Assembly (NCBI RefSeq): GCF_009914755.1 | Contig: NC_060925.1 | Direction: 5' to 3' (one strand) | Length of the DNA: 64,000 bases | Source: the human T2T-CHM13v2.0 reference genome, Homo sapiens | In this document: piece after piece, positions 45,203 through 58,908 of the stretch | How positions within the stretch are numbered: position 1 is the first letter of the stretch | Layout: each line of letters starts with the position of its first letter | Notes under the pieces: generated by a model | Databases searched by the model: none | Told to the model about the DNA's origin: nothing | What the model saw: the letters and a program-made list of their open reading frames with translations, nothing else | Program-made: the position numbers and the translations under genes

Positions 45203-46219
45203 TGCTGGGGTTCAATCAGGCTGGTGGGAAAAATATTAAAGATAGTTATGGAGATAGACACAAATCTTCTTGGAAGGCCGAGAAGTTTGCATAACTTCAG
45301 TAATAGATATGGTTGAAGGCAACCTGATCTTTACCTTTAGTTAAACAAATTAAAGTAGTAACAAAGGAAGGCAGAGTAGTTTACCTACCTAGTTTGTTTA
45401 CTCATGTGATCTTAAAACTAACCTTTGATGTACGGCAGGTGCTTAAGTGCTTTTTACTTGGGAAGTCCATAATATCAATTACCCTCTAACGGTGTTGACT
45501 CAAGCTTCTGTTAATTAATCTTACCGAATAAATGTGAGTCTGACTAGCTGATCAGGGCCAAGTCGCAACTGTTTACAGGACTCAGCAGGGAGCCTGTAAG
45601 TGGCTCGGACCCTCAGCTGGACTGGCAGGGCAGAATATCTGTGTGTCAATGTACGTTTATTCATCCATTGCTGGGTCAGGGGTCTGCAAGGGACAGGCTC
45701 CCCGCAGCTGGTGCCCCCTCGAGAGGGGCGCTGCCGCAGTTGGTACCCCGTGTGAGAGGCGCTGCCGCAGTAATGACTTACTGATAACTCACTGACTTGA
45801 CCGCGCGGGTTCTTTTCTTACCTTCGTTTTCGGGCGGTTCGTCGCGTTTCCTTCACAGCATTCCTCACACAGTTCCTCACACAGCGCCTCACATGGGGCA
45901 CCAGCTGGGGGCAGGGCTCCTCTCGAGGGGTCACCAGCTGTGGGGAGTCTGTCCCTTGCAGACCCCTGACCCAATGACCGGTGAATAAAGTACGCTGACA
46001 CACAGATATTCTGAGGGTCCCAGGTGCTTACAGGCTCCCTGCCGAGTCGCAACTGTTTACAGGGCTCAGCAGGGAGCCTGTAAGGGGCTTGGACCCTCAG
46101 CTGGACTGGCAGAGCAGAATATCTGTGTGTCAGTGTACTTTATTCATTCATCGCGTGGTCAGGGGTCTGCAAGGAACAGACTTCCCGCAGCTGGTGCCCC
46201 CTCGAGGAGCGCTGCCGCA
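45203..46219 (+). mobile_element. LTR22 (HERV-K HML-5) remnant with duplicated and inverted U5/PBS/leader
   Basis: tgctggggttcaatcaggctggtgggaaaaatatt start; AATAAA 45527-45532; tRNA-Met-type PBS-like motifs at 45741 (+) and 45887-45903 (-). Confidence 0.85.
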
Positions 46220-46408
46220 TATGCACATAAGGAGCAATAACATTTTTAATGTTTTTGCATTTGCACGTGAAATCGCACTCCAATAAACAGCGGTGGCATG
46301 TCAGTGTGCTTTTCACCCCAACAAAATCCCCTATAAATTGTTATCAATCACTCTGTCTAAATGCAAAGCAGTCACTAACAAGAAATTATTTTTAGTTTAA
46401 ATAAAAAG

Positions 46409-47210
46409 TGGCGTGGGGAGACAAAACTTTTTCTGAAGAAGCACACTTAAATGTTTTAAACCACTTTGGTTTCCTCCAGGCCTCTCAGGTAGGCATGACC
46501 AGCTACAGGATGCGATGCCAGATCCTCCGATCCCACCCCAGGCCCTGCCCCTGCCCTCCCATGAATGGTTAATATATATATAAATATCCATTTTAGCAGT
46601 GACATTCCCAGAGAGCCCCAGAGCTGTCAAGCTCCCTTCTGCCAGGGTGGGGGTTCAGACTGTCCTGTCACCTCTGGGGTGCCTATTGGCATCCTCTCCC
46701 CCTGTGCTTACTAATACAGTCCCTTCCCCATACCCATCAAAACTGGACCAACTGCCCTCGTCTCTTTCCCTAGGGCCAAAATTTAGGGGCCTCAGCCCCC
46801 CGCCATGCCTCTCCTCTTTCCACCTGGCCTGTTCTGTCCCTGAGCCCTGTGCTCTCCATCCATTCCATGGCTGAGAGTCGGTGATGCTGCCTCTGCCTTC
46901 TGATGCTGAACTGGCCTTGTTTCTACAAGTACGCTTCTCCCACAGCTGTGGCTGCAGGGACTTAACTTACAGGGAGGGGCCTGTGGCAGCTGCCACCACA
47001 GCCACAGGTGCACTGTGCTCACCACACATCTGGTGCAGCCTTTTCTGGCAGAGGCTCTTGTGTTTTCTCATTTTCCGTTCCTCTCACTGTGGCTAACAGG
47101 TGGGGGTGAGGGGACAGAAGAGGGAGGGCTGCCTACCACGGTCTGGGGCTTCAGGAATATGAGTTTGTTTATTTAAATGAATCTCAGTCTTTCAAATAAA
47201 AAATAAAAAA
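46409..47210 (+). pseudogene. 5'-truncated retrocopy of an mRNA 3' UTR (resembles VAMP2 3' UTR, from memory)
   Basis: GC-rich non-TE block in AT-rich intron, ending in an A-rich tail, flanked by aaataaaaa; end ctacca.ggtctggggctt.aggaa.atgagtttgtt.atttaaat recalled as VAMP2-like. Confidence 0.55.
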
Positions 47211-47685
47211 TCAGTTTGATTTCATATAATTGTCAATACTTGAAGGAGTGGTTGGAAGCATGAATTTTGATCTGAGAGTGAAGCTGATATTGATATTGTG
47301 CGCCTCCACATTCATGTGCTCTCATGTTGGCTTTTCTCACGTTTGACAACAACTCATATGGGAACATGGTGATACACCAAGCAGATCTGAACTGAAAACT
47401 TAAAAGAAAAAAACAAAAAACCTTTCAGGGTGACTTTGAAACCGACTTTGTGTCCTTTTTTCTTTCCCTCTCTTTCTTCTATCATCATTCTTATATTTCC
47501 CTACTCATTTCCTTCACTTTCTAAAACACAATCATTAAACACACATTTCTAGTTTACCCCATGGCTCTGATTCCAGATATACTGTGACTTTGTCTTCATA
47601 AATAAACCTGAAATTTTCAAGTCAGACATCCACAAAAATATCAAATTAAACCCTCTACCTGCACCACGAAAAGCTCAAAAGACTG

Positions 47686-48080
<395 letters not shown>

Positions 48081-48206
48081 GGAAAAGCCCCAGGGAGATT
48101 TACTGCTCAGAGAAGTCTGACTACATTGGTCCAGCTGAGGTATGGTGGTGGCCCAGGTAGAAGGCTTCTGTATACTGGATGTTTAACAAAAAGTTGTGTA
48201 TTTTTT

Positions 48207-48321
48207 AAGACTAGTCAAGTACAGTAGTGAGAAAGGGGGAAAAAGTAGAACAAGGAGTTCAATCTGTAACTCTGTAACTGTAAACAATCAATCGAGTTAG
48301 CGTACTACCTTTGGACTAGCC
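48207..48321 (-). pseudogene. Y1 RNA (RNY1) retro-pseudogene
   Basis: Reverse complement ggctagtccaaaggtagt..attgattgtt..gaactccttgttctact..cttgactagtctt matches hY1; short T tract at 48201-48206 is the tail. Confidence 0.92.
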
Positions 48322-48388
48322 AATAAAAGGTAATTTTGAGGAAGGAATCTTTGACCTAGGATATTAGCTTACAGCAAATTTTTACTGA

Positions 48389-48687
<299 letters not shown>

Positions 48688-50290
48688 CGAGTTAATTTTT
48701 AAATTGAAATGGATATAGATGATAAATGAATTCATTTTACCCATCACAAAATCAACCCATTGCCAAATAGTTACACAACAGCTATTATAGACCAAGTGTG
48801 TTGTTAGGAGCTACAAGAAAATAAGAGATGAGCCAAAGAAAATGCCTACTTTGGGGAAACATATACCTTATATATACAGAAGACTAATAGACATGATCAG
48901 TTCATCAACAATGTCTTATGGATGATACACTGTCGTTGGTCTAGCACTCAAGAGTAAGGCAAGCTTACTGTGGGGTCAGGCAGCTTCTCACACCTCTGTG
49001 ACCACCTCCAGCCCCTACTCTCAGTGCTCCCTAACTCTAGAGCCCACTTTCTTCCCTTCTCTGCCCACTGAAGTCTATTCATCCTTCAAAATCTGGAGCA
49101 AATAGTAATCGTCTGTGTTGTTTTCCTACCAACCCATTGTCAGAATTGGCACCTCTTTCTTTGTGCTCTTATTGCAATTTGTACATAAGACATACTTCTG
49201 TCTTAGCATCTTACACAGAATCTTGTAATTATAGATTTTCACGTCTCACTTCCCTACCAGACTGATTGCTGCTCTAGAGAAAGCGTCATGCCTTATTCTT
49301 CCTTTGCAATCCCAATACACAAACTTGGGCTTAGCAATATAGAAACCACGGAGTGTTTGATGCCTGAGCTCATCAGAGAATGAATCACAGATCTGAGTTG
49401 ATAGAATGTTATAGGGCATTTCGTTTCACCCTCTATATAATGTGTTAATCTGCTTATAATACCTCCAAATATTTGTCATCTAGATGCTGCTTGAATAAAG
49501 CCAATTTTAGAGCTTGAAATGCTGGAAGGTGCTATAAGCAAAAATGTGCCTTTTCAGTTCCACCGCTGGCCATAATTCTAATCTTTCTCTCCATGTTGAT
49601 CCTTCAAATGTTTAAAGGCAAATGTTTACATTACTGAGTCAGGTGCTTAGATTAAGAGACAACTTAGATCCTCTTTTGCAAAGTGAGCCCAGGGCAGTTC
49701 AGTCCCCTGCTCAAGGTCTCCACAGCTAGCTCACAGCAGATCCAGGTCTCCAGCTGTACTTCCCTCTGCTCCAGGCACTTGGAGTAGGTAGTTCCTTCTT
49801 ACTAAACCAGCCAGGTGCTTTCAGTCAGCAGTGGGTACCTGAAACTACATTCTAGTCAAGGAAATATATAACACTGGTCCTTTCTACACTAGGAGCCCAT
49901 TCCTTCTGTCTGGGACACCCTTCTGGACACCCTGGCAGGATAAACACTACTAGCCTTTCTCCAGGCCCCCCTCTACTGGCCTCCTCTCTAGTTTCAGGGG
50001 AGATAGGAAAATTGCCTCACCCTCTTTCTCATCCCAGCTCATGGAAATGGCTCCTCACCCTCCCCTAACACAAAGAACCTGCTTTCTTTCCTGCTGTCCT
50101 GCTGTGGGCACTAATGTCATGCTATGGTCAGACCTGCTGTCTTTATAGAGCCAGCATGCTTCTGTGCACAACTGCCAATATCATATGTATATATGCAATA
50201 CTCTTTCCTTTTTCCTGGAATTGTTTTTCTCATAAAAGTGGATATTCTTTATCAAATGGCTACTATGTCATACAAAAATGAGTAGCATTT

Positions 50291-50592
50291 GGCCGGGCAC
50301 AGTGGCTCACGCCTGTAATCCCAGCACTTTGGGAGGCTGAGGCAGGCTGATCACGAGGTTAGGAGATCAAGACCATCCTGGCTAACATGGTGAAACCCCG
50401 TCTCTACTAAAAATACAAAAAATTAGCCAGGCATGGTGGCGGGCGCCTGTAGTCCCAGCTATTCAGGAGGCTGAGGCAGGAGAATGGTGTGAACCTAGGA
50501 GGCAGAGCTTGCAGTGAGCCGAGATCTCACCACTGCACTCCAGCCTGGGCAACAGTGCAAGACTCCATCTCAAAAAAAAAAAAAAAAAAAAA
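50291..50592 (+). mobile_element. Alu (Y-like)
   Basis: gaccatcctggctaac and gagcttgcagtgag diagnostics; TSD gagtagcatt. Confidence 0.94.
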
Positions 50593-52169
50593 AGAGTAGC
50601 ATTCTATCCCATCTTGCGAGTGAGTAAACTGAGGCTCAAAAGGGGTAAGTCATTTTCCTATATCACCAAGTTGACTCATGATAGAATAGGATTCTGAAAC
50701 ACATGTGTCTACCCCCAATACCCATACTTCACAACTGCCTCTCTAAATGTGGGGTCACCTTACTCCTGTTGGGCCCAGAGAGGGGAAAATTATACAAGGT
50801 TTTTGATTTTATAGTGTCCTTCAGGGCCTAAAACATGAATTCCCCTAGAAGGAATCTACTGGTTCTTCCCCAGTAAATTATATCCAGTTGCTATGGGAAG
50901 CAACCAGCCCTGCAACACTTTTACATGTTGCTTGAAAAAAGAGGACCTTTTTATTTCATTAAAAAAAATTGAGCATTTTAGTCTCTACAGTTAAGACTAA
51001 AATATTGAATATTTTAGTCTCTACAGTTGAGCTGCTTCTCTCAGGTTCCTAATCCAAAACAAAAAAAGATGCATATCCAGCTTTGAGAAGAGAATTCACC
51101 TGTGAAATAAAAAATAGCAAATTTTTAGAAAAATTATGTCTTTGGGGGCACTGCACTTAACAAACTTAGGGAGATAAAACTGTCACAAAAATATATTGGG
51201 GGAAAAGCTAACATCACATAATTTAGTGACAAATGTGTGTGCTACTGACCAGAAATGCTATAGGAATTAAAAGAACAGAGGCTCATTGATGTGAAAGGCA
51301 GATACCAATTCTTGGAAATGCTTTTAAAGTTTCAATAACTTACAGCTACTGAGCACTTACTATGTGCCAGGAGCTATTCTGAGACGCCTTACATTATTAA
51401 CTCACTTGATTCTCACAGAACACTTCAAGGAAGCTACTATTGTTTTCTTTATATTTGTGATGCACAGAAGGGTTAATCTGTCCAAGATTACACTGTCGTA
51501 ACTGATAGAGCCGCGCTTTATCTCAGGCAGCCTGGATCCAGAGCCTGGTTGCTTAATCAATGCACTCTGTTGCCTCTCGGTGTTCTTACACATGTGTGTT
51601 ATTAACACATGGCCTGGTGCCAGAAGATTCTCTGGCCCATCCCAGTGGTGACTGTGCCATGTGCCCTGGAGGTGAATCAGTATCCAATTGAGAAGGGAGG
51701 GATGGCTTTGCATGCCTACCTTTCTACCACAAACCCTCCCTGGCAGCCACCCTCTCTCTCTCCCACTGGTGACCATCACTGGTGACCTGTGAAAGGGACA
51801 CACCAACAGCACAGCTGGGGCCCTGGCATTGTGCCAGGGGCAGGATCACACAGGGCAGTGCCGCGGTAGCACCCGTGGTGCCACAGGTGTGGTGGCTCCT
51901 GGTCCCAACTCCACCCCACCAGCTGCTGTGTGGTGTTGTGTCAGGTCACCACACCAATCGGAGCTTCAGTTTTGTATGTGATAAAGAGATTGTGTCTGAC
52001 AAGGTGACCTTTTCCTAGTCTGCTGATCTATGCAGTTCTAGGGCCACAGAATGGAGACTAGAGGCAGCAGCTCAGTCTGAAGTGCAAGACTTTATCCAGT
52101 AAAAGGTCCAATTCCAGCAGCTCTGCCAGAAGCTACAGCCTTGACAACTGTACGAACATTTGGCACTGG

Positions 52170-52380
52170 TGCTGCATGAGGGGCGGGAACATACCAAGCA
52201 CAGGGTTAACCAGTGACCTGAACATTTTCCTTCTCACATTCACACACCAGAGACCCGCTACAGAAGATTCAAACTGAGCAAATCGCCTAATCTTCCAAAT
52301 TCTTTTTCCTGGCTTGTTAGAGCAGCCAAGGGTGGGGTGGAGCTTGTGAATAAAAAGCCTGCTTCATCTTCCTCATGCAG
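52170..52380 (+). promoter_or_regulatory. FMO1: Candidate FMO1 downstream promoter region (GC boxes ggggcggg ~52180 and gggtggggtgg ~52330; TATA-like aataaaaa ~52349)
   Basis: Motifs visible; FMO1 is known to use alternative promoters near the first coding exon; TSS not determinable here. Confidence 0.5.
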
Positions 52381-52386
52381 GAGAAC

Positions 52387-52518
52387 ATGGCCAAGCGAGT
52401 TGCCATTGTGGGAGCTGGGGTCAGCGGCCTGGCCTCCATCAAGTGCTGTCTGGAAGAAGGACTGGAGCCCACCTGCTTTGAGAGGAGCGATGACCTTGGG
52501 GGGCTGTGGAGATTCACC
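52387..52518 (+). CDS. FMO1: FMO1 first coding exon (exon 52381-52518): [44 protein letters not shown]
   Basis: FAD-binding GxGxxG motif and GGLW motif; CAG acceptor ending 52380, GTAAGT donor 52519; 132 nt. Confidence 0.97.
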
Positions 52519-54947
52519 GTAAGTGGGGTTTCAACAACTTTATCTGTCTATTGGAGAATGGCTTGGCAGCTGGGAAATTATATCTGTGCTTCTTTCACAA
52601 GGGTTGGTGGCCTTGAGGAAGGTTAGAAATGTCTGCTGAACAGGGGACCATGAGGAGCCACTGAAATTGTAAAAGAAACAGGACATGGGTGAGCTAGGGT
52701 GGAAGTCAGAACAGACTTGTACACTTTATCTAGAGCCAAGGGGAAGAAGTGTTTCCAAAGATGCCCAAGAAGTATGGAAGAGAATGGAGTAACTGGGCCA
52801 GGCCAGGAAAGCCTAGGAGCAAAGGAGCAGGACCAGGGCGTCTGAAGCAGGGCCAGAGACGGCAGTGTTAGGAGCAAGAGCAAGAATTTCAGCCTCTGCC
52901 TGCAAGACTGAGCTGCTTTTACCTGCTTCTTTTCCCAGCCTGGCTCCGTCTGCATTACAGACTCAGGGCTCTGTGTAGGATGAGCTCCATAATCAAGGTC
53001 CTGCTGACCTGGCAATCCCAGTGCAGGCCAAGAACAAACAGAAGTAAAGAACGTGAGTTTTGAGTCTTTTTTTTATTCCCTGAGCAGAAGAAAAGTAATA
53101 TACTCAAGTCTCAGCAGGGTTACTGCCTGGATCGGAGAAAGGAATGAAGGGGTGAGGACCGAGGAAAGGGGACTATAAAGCCCACCCTTGCCTGGCCTGG
53201 GGCCCCACGAGATCACAAGGGCCCTTCTTAAAGCCATTGAAACCCTGAAGCCAGGCAGGGAAAATGTTCCCTGAACTCCATGGCTTAGTCAGGGAAACAT
53301 TTGCATCAAATCTTTCCAGAGTTTCTATTTTCCCTCCTTTTGAGCAAAAACATTTCCCATGAGCTTTAAATTTGCTGAGGAGAAAGCTGTCAGAAAGAGT
53401 GAAAAGAAGCAAGGTATCAGATAGCCCCGCCTCAGATCCCCTGAGGGGCTGAGAGAAAGACACAGCATTTCTCTGTTACAGAAGGGTAGAATTTGGAACT
53501 GAAGTAAAGTAATTATTTTCTAGCTCAGTGAGTAAAACTCCAGAGAGGCCAAGGTTACTAGTTTAGTCACAGTCCTCCAGCATAGGCGGCTTGGCTCACA
53601 TAAAGAACTGCATATCTTAAAGTGTACCCACCAAATGTGATCATCAATGCATGGAGACTGCCAAAGAGGACAAGGTAAAAGAGCATGCCTCTTCTCAGGA
53701 ATCAAACCACATATGTTCCAACAGGATGGCAGAAACCTGACACCTAGGCCAAAAATCTCCCCACTCCCATGTCCATCGAAGACATTATTATCAAACATGA
53801 TGCCTTTCCCCTAGGGAGCCTCAGAATCCTTCTTAACATTATTCCAAACAAGCATACCTAATCAGTCAGGGTCAGGAGTTGGCTTGAAAGATGAAACTGC
53901 CTAACTAAATTAGCCGAGTTATTTGACTAAAGTAATCTCAGTCAAAACAAAAACTAAACCTAAAGATCAAAAGCAGTACTTAGCCTCTTGCAGCACCAGA
54001 CATAAATGCTCCTTGTATAGGTCACAGGCACCTAATCATCAACACTAAAAATCACTGATCTAAGAATCAAGAGAAATGAGTCTGGATCCAGCTGGGCCCA
54101 TTTCCAGCTGTGTGATGCAGGTAGGTCAAACACCAGTGCACAAAGCACAAAACCCTGTGGGGGACACAAAAATGAGGATTCACCCTGCCCTCAGGAGCTG
54201 TCAGGTAGATGGAAGAAGGCTAGGATTCTGCAAGTCAGAAACAGTGCTGTGAGCATTTCATTGAGAGCAGGATGACAGCCACATTTAGGAAGCCAGAAAA
54301 GGCTTCACTGAAGAGGTAGTGTGTGATGGACTTTGAAAAATTTCAACAGGTAGACAAGATTGAGCAGAAGACACCAGGGAGGGTAGGGACAGTAAAGAAA
54401 AAGTACTGGGCATATTCAGAAAGTAAAAATAGCTTTTTGGTGCATAAGGTACACGTAAGAGGAAGAATGGGAGGGAAAAGGGTGGCTGCATGTTTGGGCA
54501 AGGGGTTTATACTCAGTTTTAAAAGCAATAGGTAATGAGGAACAAAATTAAGGAGATTTCCTGGTTGTCGCGTTTGTTTTGTTTGCATGATAGGAAGACC
54601 CAAAGATTTTTGTAGGCAAATAGAAACTATCTGGATGACCAGAAATAACTGAGCACATAAATCCAAATTGAGACACAATCCTGGCAGGAAAAGGGAGGAG
54701 TGGAATTGTAGGTACCAGTGGAAGGGTTAGCCCTGGCAAGGTGGGGAGACAAGAGATACACCCTCCCCAGAGATTGGAGGGGAAGGGAAGGTGAACATGG
54801 AAGAGAAATTTTGAGGTAGAGGAAGAAGATATAAGAGCACTCACACCAGAGGCCCTCAATTCTATCGAGAAAATATGGCACCTGCAAGGGTAAAGAGGGT
54901 GTGGGGGTGGCAAATGGGGTTGGAGAATTAGAAAAATAGAGAAGGTC

Positions 54948-55236
54948 AGCCAGGCACGGTGGCTCACGCCTGTAATCCCAGCACTTTGGAAGGCCGAGGT
55001 GGACAGATCACCTGAGGTCAGGAGTTCGAGACCAGCCTGGTCAACATGGCGAAATCCCATCTCTACTAAAATACAAAAATTAGCCAGGCATGGTGGCATG
55101 CACCTGTAATCCCAGCTACTCAGGAGGCTGAGGCAGGAGAATCGCTGGAACCTGGGGGACAAGATTGTACCACTGCACTCCAGCCTGGGTGACACAGAAA
55201 GGCTCCATCTCAAAAAAAAAAAAAAAAAAAAAAAAA
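54948..55236 (+). mobile_element. Alu (S-like) with small right-arm deletion
   Basis: Alu with long A tail; no evident TSD. Confidence 0.92.
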
Positions 55237-55611
55237 GAATATTGTGGAGAATGCAATAGGACATCAAAAAGATTAGTAAGAGGAATATCAAGCAGTAGCC
55301 AAGGTAAAATGGCACCCAATTTACAAGTCATTCCAGCTCTATTACCTCATTTATAAAATGAAAACATGGGACCAGTATGAAACACATACAAAAGCTGAAT
55401 TAGTAACGGGCTTAGGAAAATCCACCCTCACCTTCATGCAGCAGCCTTCTCTTGACACTGCAGCCTTTTTAGGCACCTCTGTAATACCTTGAGATTTCTC
55501 TAAAGCTTGACTGGACATTCCTAAACTAGGCAATCTTGAAGGTGCCTTCAGCTCTAATATGCGATGAGTCTCCTGAGTCTTTCTAGAGACATTCCTTTCC
55601 CTCCTTCCCCA

Positions 55612-55644
55612 ACACACACAGGCACACACACACACACACACACA
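55612..55644. repeat. (CA)n microsatellite
   Basis: Directly visible. Confidence 0.9.
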
Positions 55645-55902
55645 AAAGGTTAGAGATGTCTTTGCACTCAAGGTAGGTGGCCCATTTAAAACCTGTAAAA
55701 TCAAAAACCCTGCCCTGGCAATGGCTGTGCTTGCTAGAAAGTGTTCAGAAGGGAATTCTTACTGCCTTAGGGTGGAAGGGACCATAATGCAAAAGTAGAA
55801 AGGCAAATTGCAGAGATCCAATAAAACACATGTGGTGACAGTTTCCATTTCCAGATGGGGAGAGGCCCCAGAGAATATAGACATCATAAATTACTGCATT
55901 TT

Positions 55903-56060
55903 GGCCAGGCGCGGTGGCTCATGCCTGTAATCCCAGCTCTTAGGGTGGCAGAGGCAGGAGGATAGCTTGAGCCCAGGAGTTCAAGACCTGCCTGGGCAAT
56001 ATAACAAGACCCCGTTCCGTTCTCCATAAAAAGGAAAAAAAAGACAAAAATAAATAAATA
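55903..56060 (+). mobile_element. Free left Alu monomer (FLAM)
   Basis: Monomer with A tail; TSD aaattac(t/c)gcattt. Confidence 0.88.
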
Positions 56061-56425
56061 AATTACCGCATTTCATTGGATACTCACAATGTCATGACTC
56101 TGGCCTCTCCCAGCTACCACAGTTTTAAGGAAAAGAGAGATAAGGCAGGAGTTACAATGAAAAAGAAAGAACATCATACACTGGGGAAGGAGAGAGGGTG
56201 GAAACCATTAAAAAGAAAAATGCTACAGGGATAAAGAACCACTTCTGACCCAAGTAGAGGCTGGACATGTGTGTGAAACACTTCTCAGACTCTTGAGAGG
56301 GAGGGGAGGCTTAGGAAAGTAAAACTGTAGGTTGACTATCGCCATTAAAAAGTGATACTTGAAACAAAATTTGAGGAATTATCATCAAATATTACTTTCA
56401 GAGAATTTTAGTATAGGAAGAGACC

Positions 56426-56626
56426 TTGGAGAATTAGAAAAATAGAGAAGGTCAGCCAGGCACAGTGGCTCACGCCTGTAATCCCAGCACTTTGGAAGGC
56501 CGAGGTGGACAGATCACCTGAGGTCAGGAGTTCGAGACCAGCCTGGTCAACATGACGAAACCCCATCTCTACTAAAAATATGAAAATTAGCCAGGCATGG
56601 TGGCGTGCGCCTGTAATCCCAGCTAC
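56426..56626 (+). repeat. Dispersed copy of 54920-55119 (28 bp unique flank plus partial Alu)
   Basis: ttggagaattagaaaaatagagaaggtca identical in both copies; shared Alu variants. Confidence 0.93.
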
Positions 56627-58908
56627 CCAGTCTTCAGGTAAAAGCACACAGACATCATCTAGAGGTGACTAACAGTACTGTGGGGTAAAAATACACTGTG
56701 CTTCATCCTTCACCTCCCTGTAACATTTGCTGGGGCCCAGTAACCCTCCCTAGAATGATATTTTCCTCATGTGCATCCAGTTCTTTTCCTCCGCACATGC
56801 ACGCTTTCATTTATTCAACAAACATTGATTGAAACCCTACTATGTGCCTTACATACCACATTTTTTACATTCAGTGAGGGCAATGATGAAGTGTAAAAAT
56901 ACTTCACACTTTTAAATCACAAGAATAGTTCCTCAACTATTTCTTCTTTAGGTTTGGTAAATCTGATTCCTGTAACCTTTCATTAAAAGCCTTATTTCTA
57001 AAACGTCTATTCGTATATTCAATAAACATTTTTAATTACTATCATCCTAGTGGGGTACCCCTGACAGGCCCCTATCCTCATGGAGCTTGCATTCTTGGAG
57101 GTTCCCCAAATTTCCTCTGAGGTTTCCACAGCTCTCCTGCGATATAGACCCAGAAACTGGACCCTGTCCTCCAGTGAGAGTCTGACTCTCACACTAGGCA
57201 GAAGGGGCAACAAAGTAAAATGGGTGCCAGCTGTTTTAAGGAAATTAAAAGAAGGAAGAAATTAACATTCTTGGAGAACAGGAGACGTGAATGTTGTGCA
57301 TATAGAGAGAAGGTCTCTATTTAGGGGTGAATTTTATTATCACTTTATATCCGTTTTTAAAATGAGAAAGAAAAGAACTGACCTGACAAAATTTTCTTCC
57401 CATTGCCTACACTCCTGCCTGAAGGATACAAGCTTAAGAAAGTAAATTTCCATGGTAGCTGTGAAAGAATAATACAAATAATGATTAATATTATTGACAG
57501 CCTAGAGGCATTGTTCCATTAGTACCATTAGCATGATACGATTGCTTCATTGTTCCATTAGCATGATAGCTATCACTCCAATTTCTCCTAGGGGCTATGT
57601 AATATTGCGGTTCCAGCATATAGATATGGAAACTGAGAGAAGTTAAGAAAATTCCCAGATCAGCCAGCTAAAAATGTAGAGCTTGAGTATGAACCTAGGC
57701 AGTCTGACATTGAGGCCTATTCTGTTAAGAACTACATTGCATGCATTTCTGGAGTCTGTTTCACAGCTCAAGAATCAGGCAAATCCTGGGCTGCGTCTCA
57801 AAGAGTCCCAGCAAGTGTCCCAGTGGTGATGGTGACCTCCCAACTGTGCTGCAGGACCAAAGTGGACCAGAAGGACAGAAACACCTCTGCTCATGCTCTT
57901 AGTCTCTTCCCTCTTTCCATGGTTCAACCCTCCTCTCCTTTTTTCTCTACTCACTCATTTTTCTCTTCATGAAAACAAAAATCTTCTCCTAAGTCGCCCC
58001 ATCCATTTTTAGAGGGCACGTGCTTCCACACTCGGAGTTCAAGGCAACTGGTGGACCCCCCACCAGGTACAATTCCCAGAGTGTCTGCAGCACGGGTGGG
58101 AGGGTGCAGTGTGGGTATTGAAGGCTGGCAGGGCCTGGGAATCACTGGGGCAGATTGCACAGTGAGGCGAACACTGGAGGTGAGGGGCCAGGTCCCACCA
58201 ATACCATTCAGAAGGGGCAGGGACTCATACTCCCTGTATATATGCTAAATACTCCAGACCTTTTCTATTTCCAGGAGAAACAATCAATAGAAGGAAAGAG
58301 AGACAAGAGTAAGTATTGGTCTTAGATTTTATCCTAAGGGCTAAGTTTCCTCTGTAAGCTACAGTTTCTCATATGTTAACATCTGTGATACATTATTTCA
58401 CAACAGGCTTCAGTGTTTCCTGGAAGCGCTTCATCTTTCTGCCTTGAAAATTATCTTCCTACGTTTTGAGAAACAGAAGGGTTATTTTTCCCTCTATTTT
58501 TGTTAGTTCATTGGCCTTAAGTTCTCATAAAATAAATGGTTCCCTGGCTTATCCAGTTCCAATGAATTGCTGATATTTAAATATGCCATTACAAAATGCT
58601 TTAAAATTTTTAATTTGTGTGTGTGTATATATATATACACACACACACACACATTTATATATATATTAAATTTATATTTATATATAGAGAGAAAAATTAT
58701 ATTTTGGGTATATTGAGTTAAATAAAATATACTCTTAAAATTAATTTCACTTGTTTCTTTTTACTTTTTTAATGGGGCCACTGGTAAATTCAAAAGTGTT
58801 TATGTGGCATCTATACATCCTATTGGGCATCCTAAAGCACTCTCACTCAAAATATGGTCCATGGGCCAGCAGCGTCTGCATAGGAGCTTCTTATAAATGC
58901 ACAATCTC

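Noticed and set aside
51765-51787. Direct repeat cactggtgacc as a nuclear-receptor element
   Set aside because: Half-site spacing is non-standard and such matches arise by chance
54548-55315. 255-aa minus-strand ORF, the longest in the track
   Set aside because: Runs through an antisense Alu and low-complexity sequence; typical Alu-derived peptide with no exon structure
57509-57570. Short imperfect duplication cattgttccattag(..)catgata
   Set aside because: Small slippage-type duplication in or next to an old MIR-like region with no functional cue
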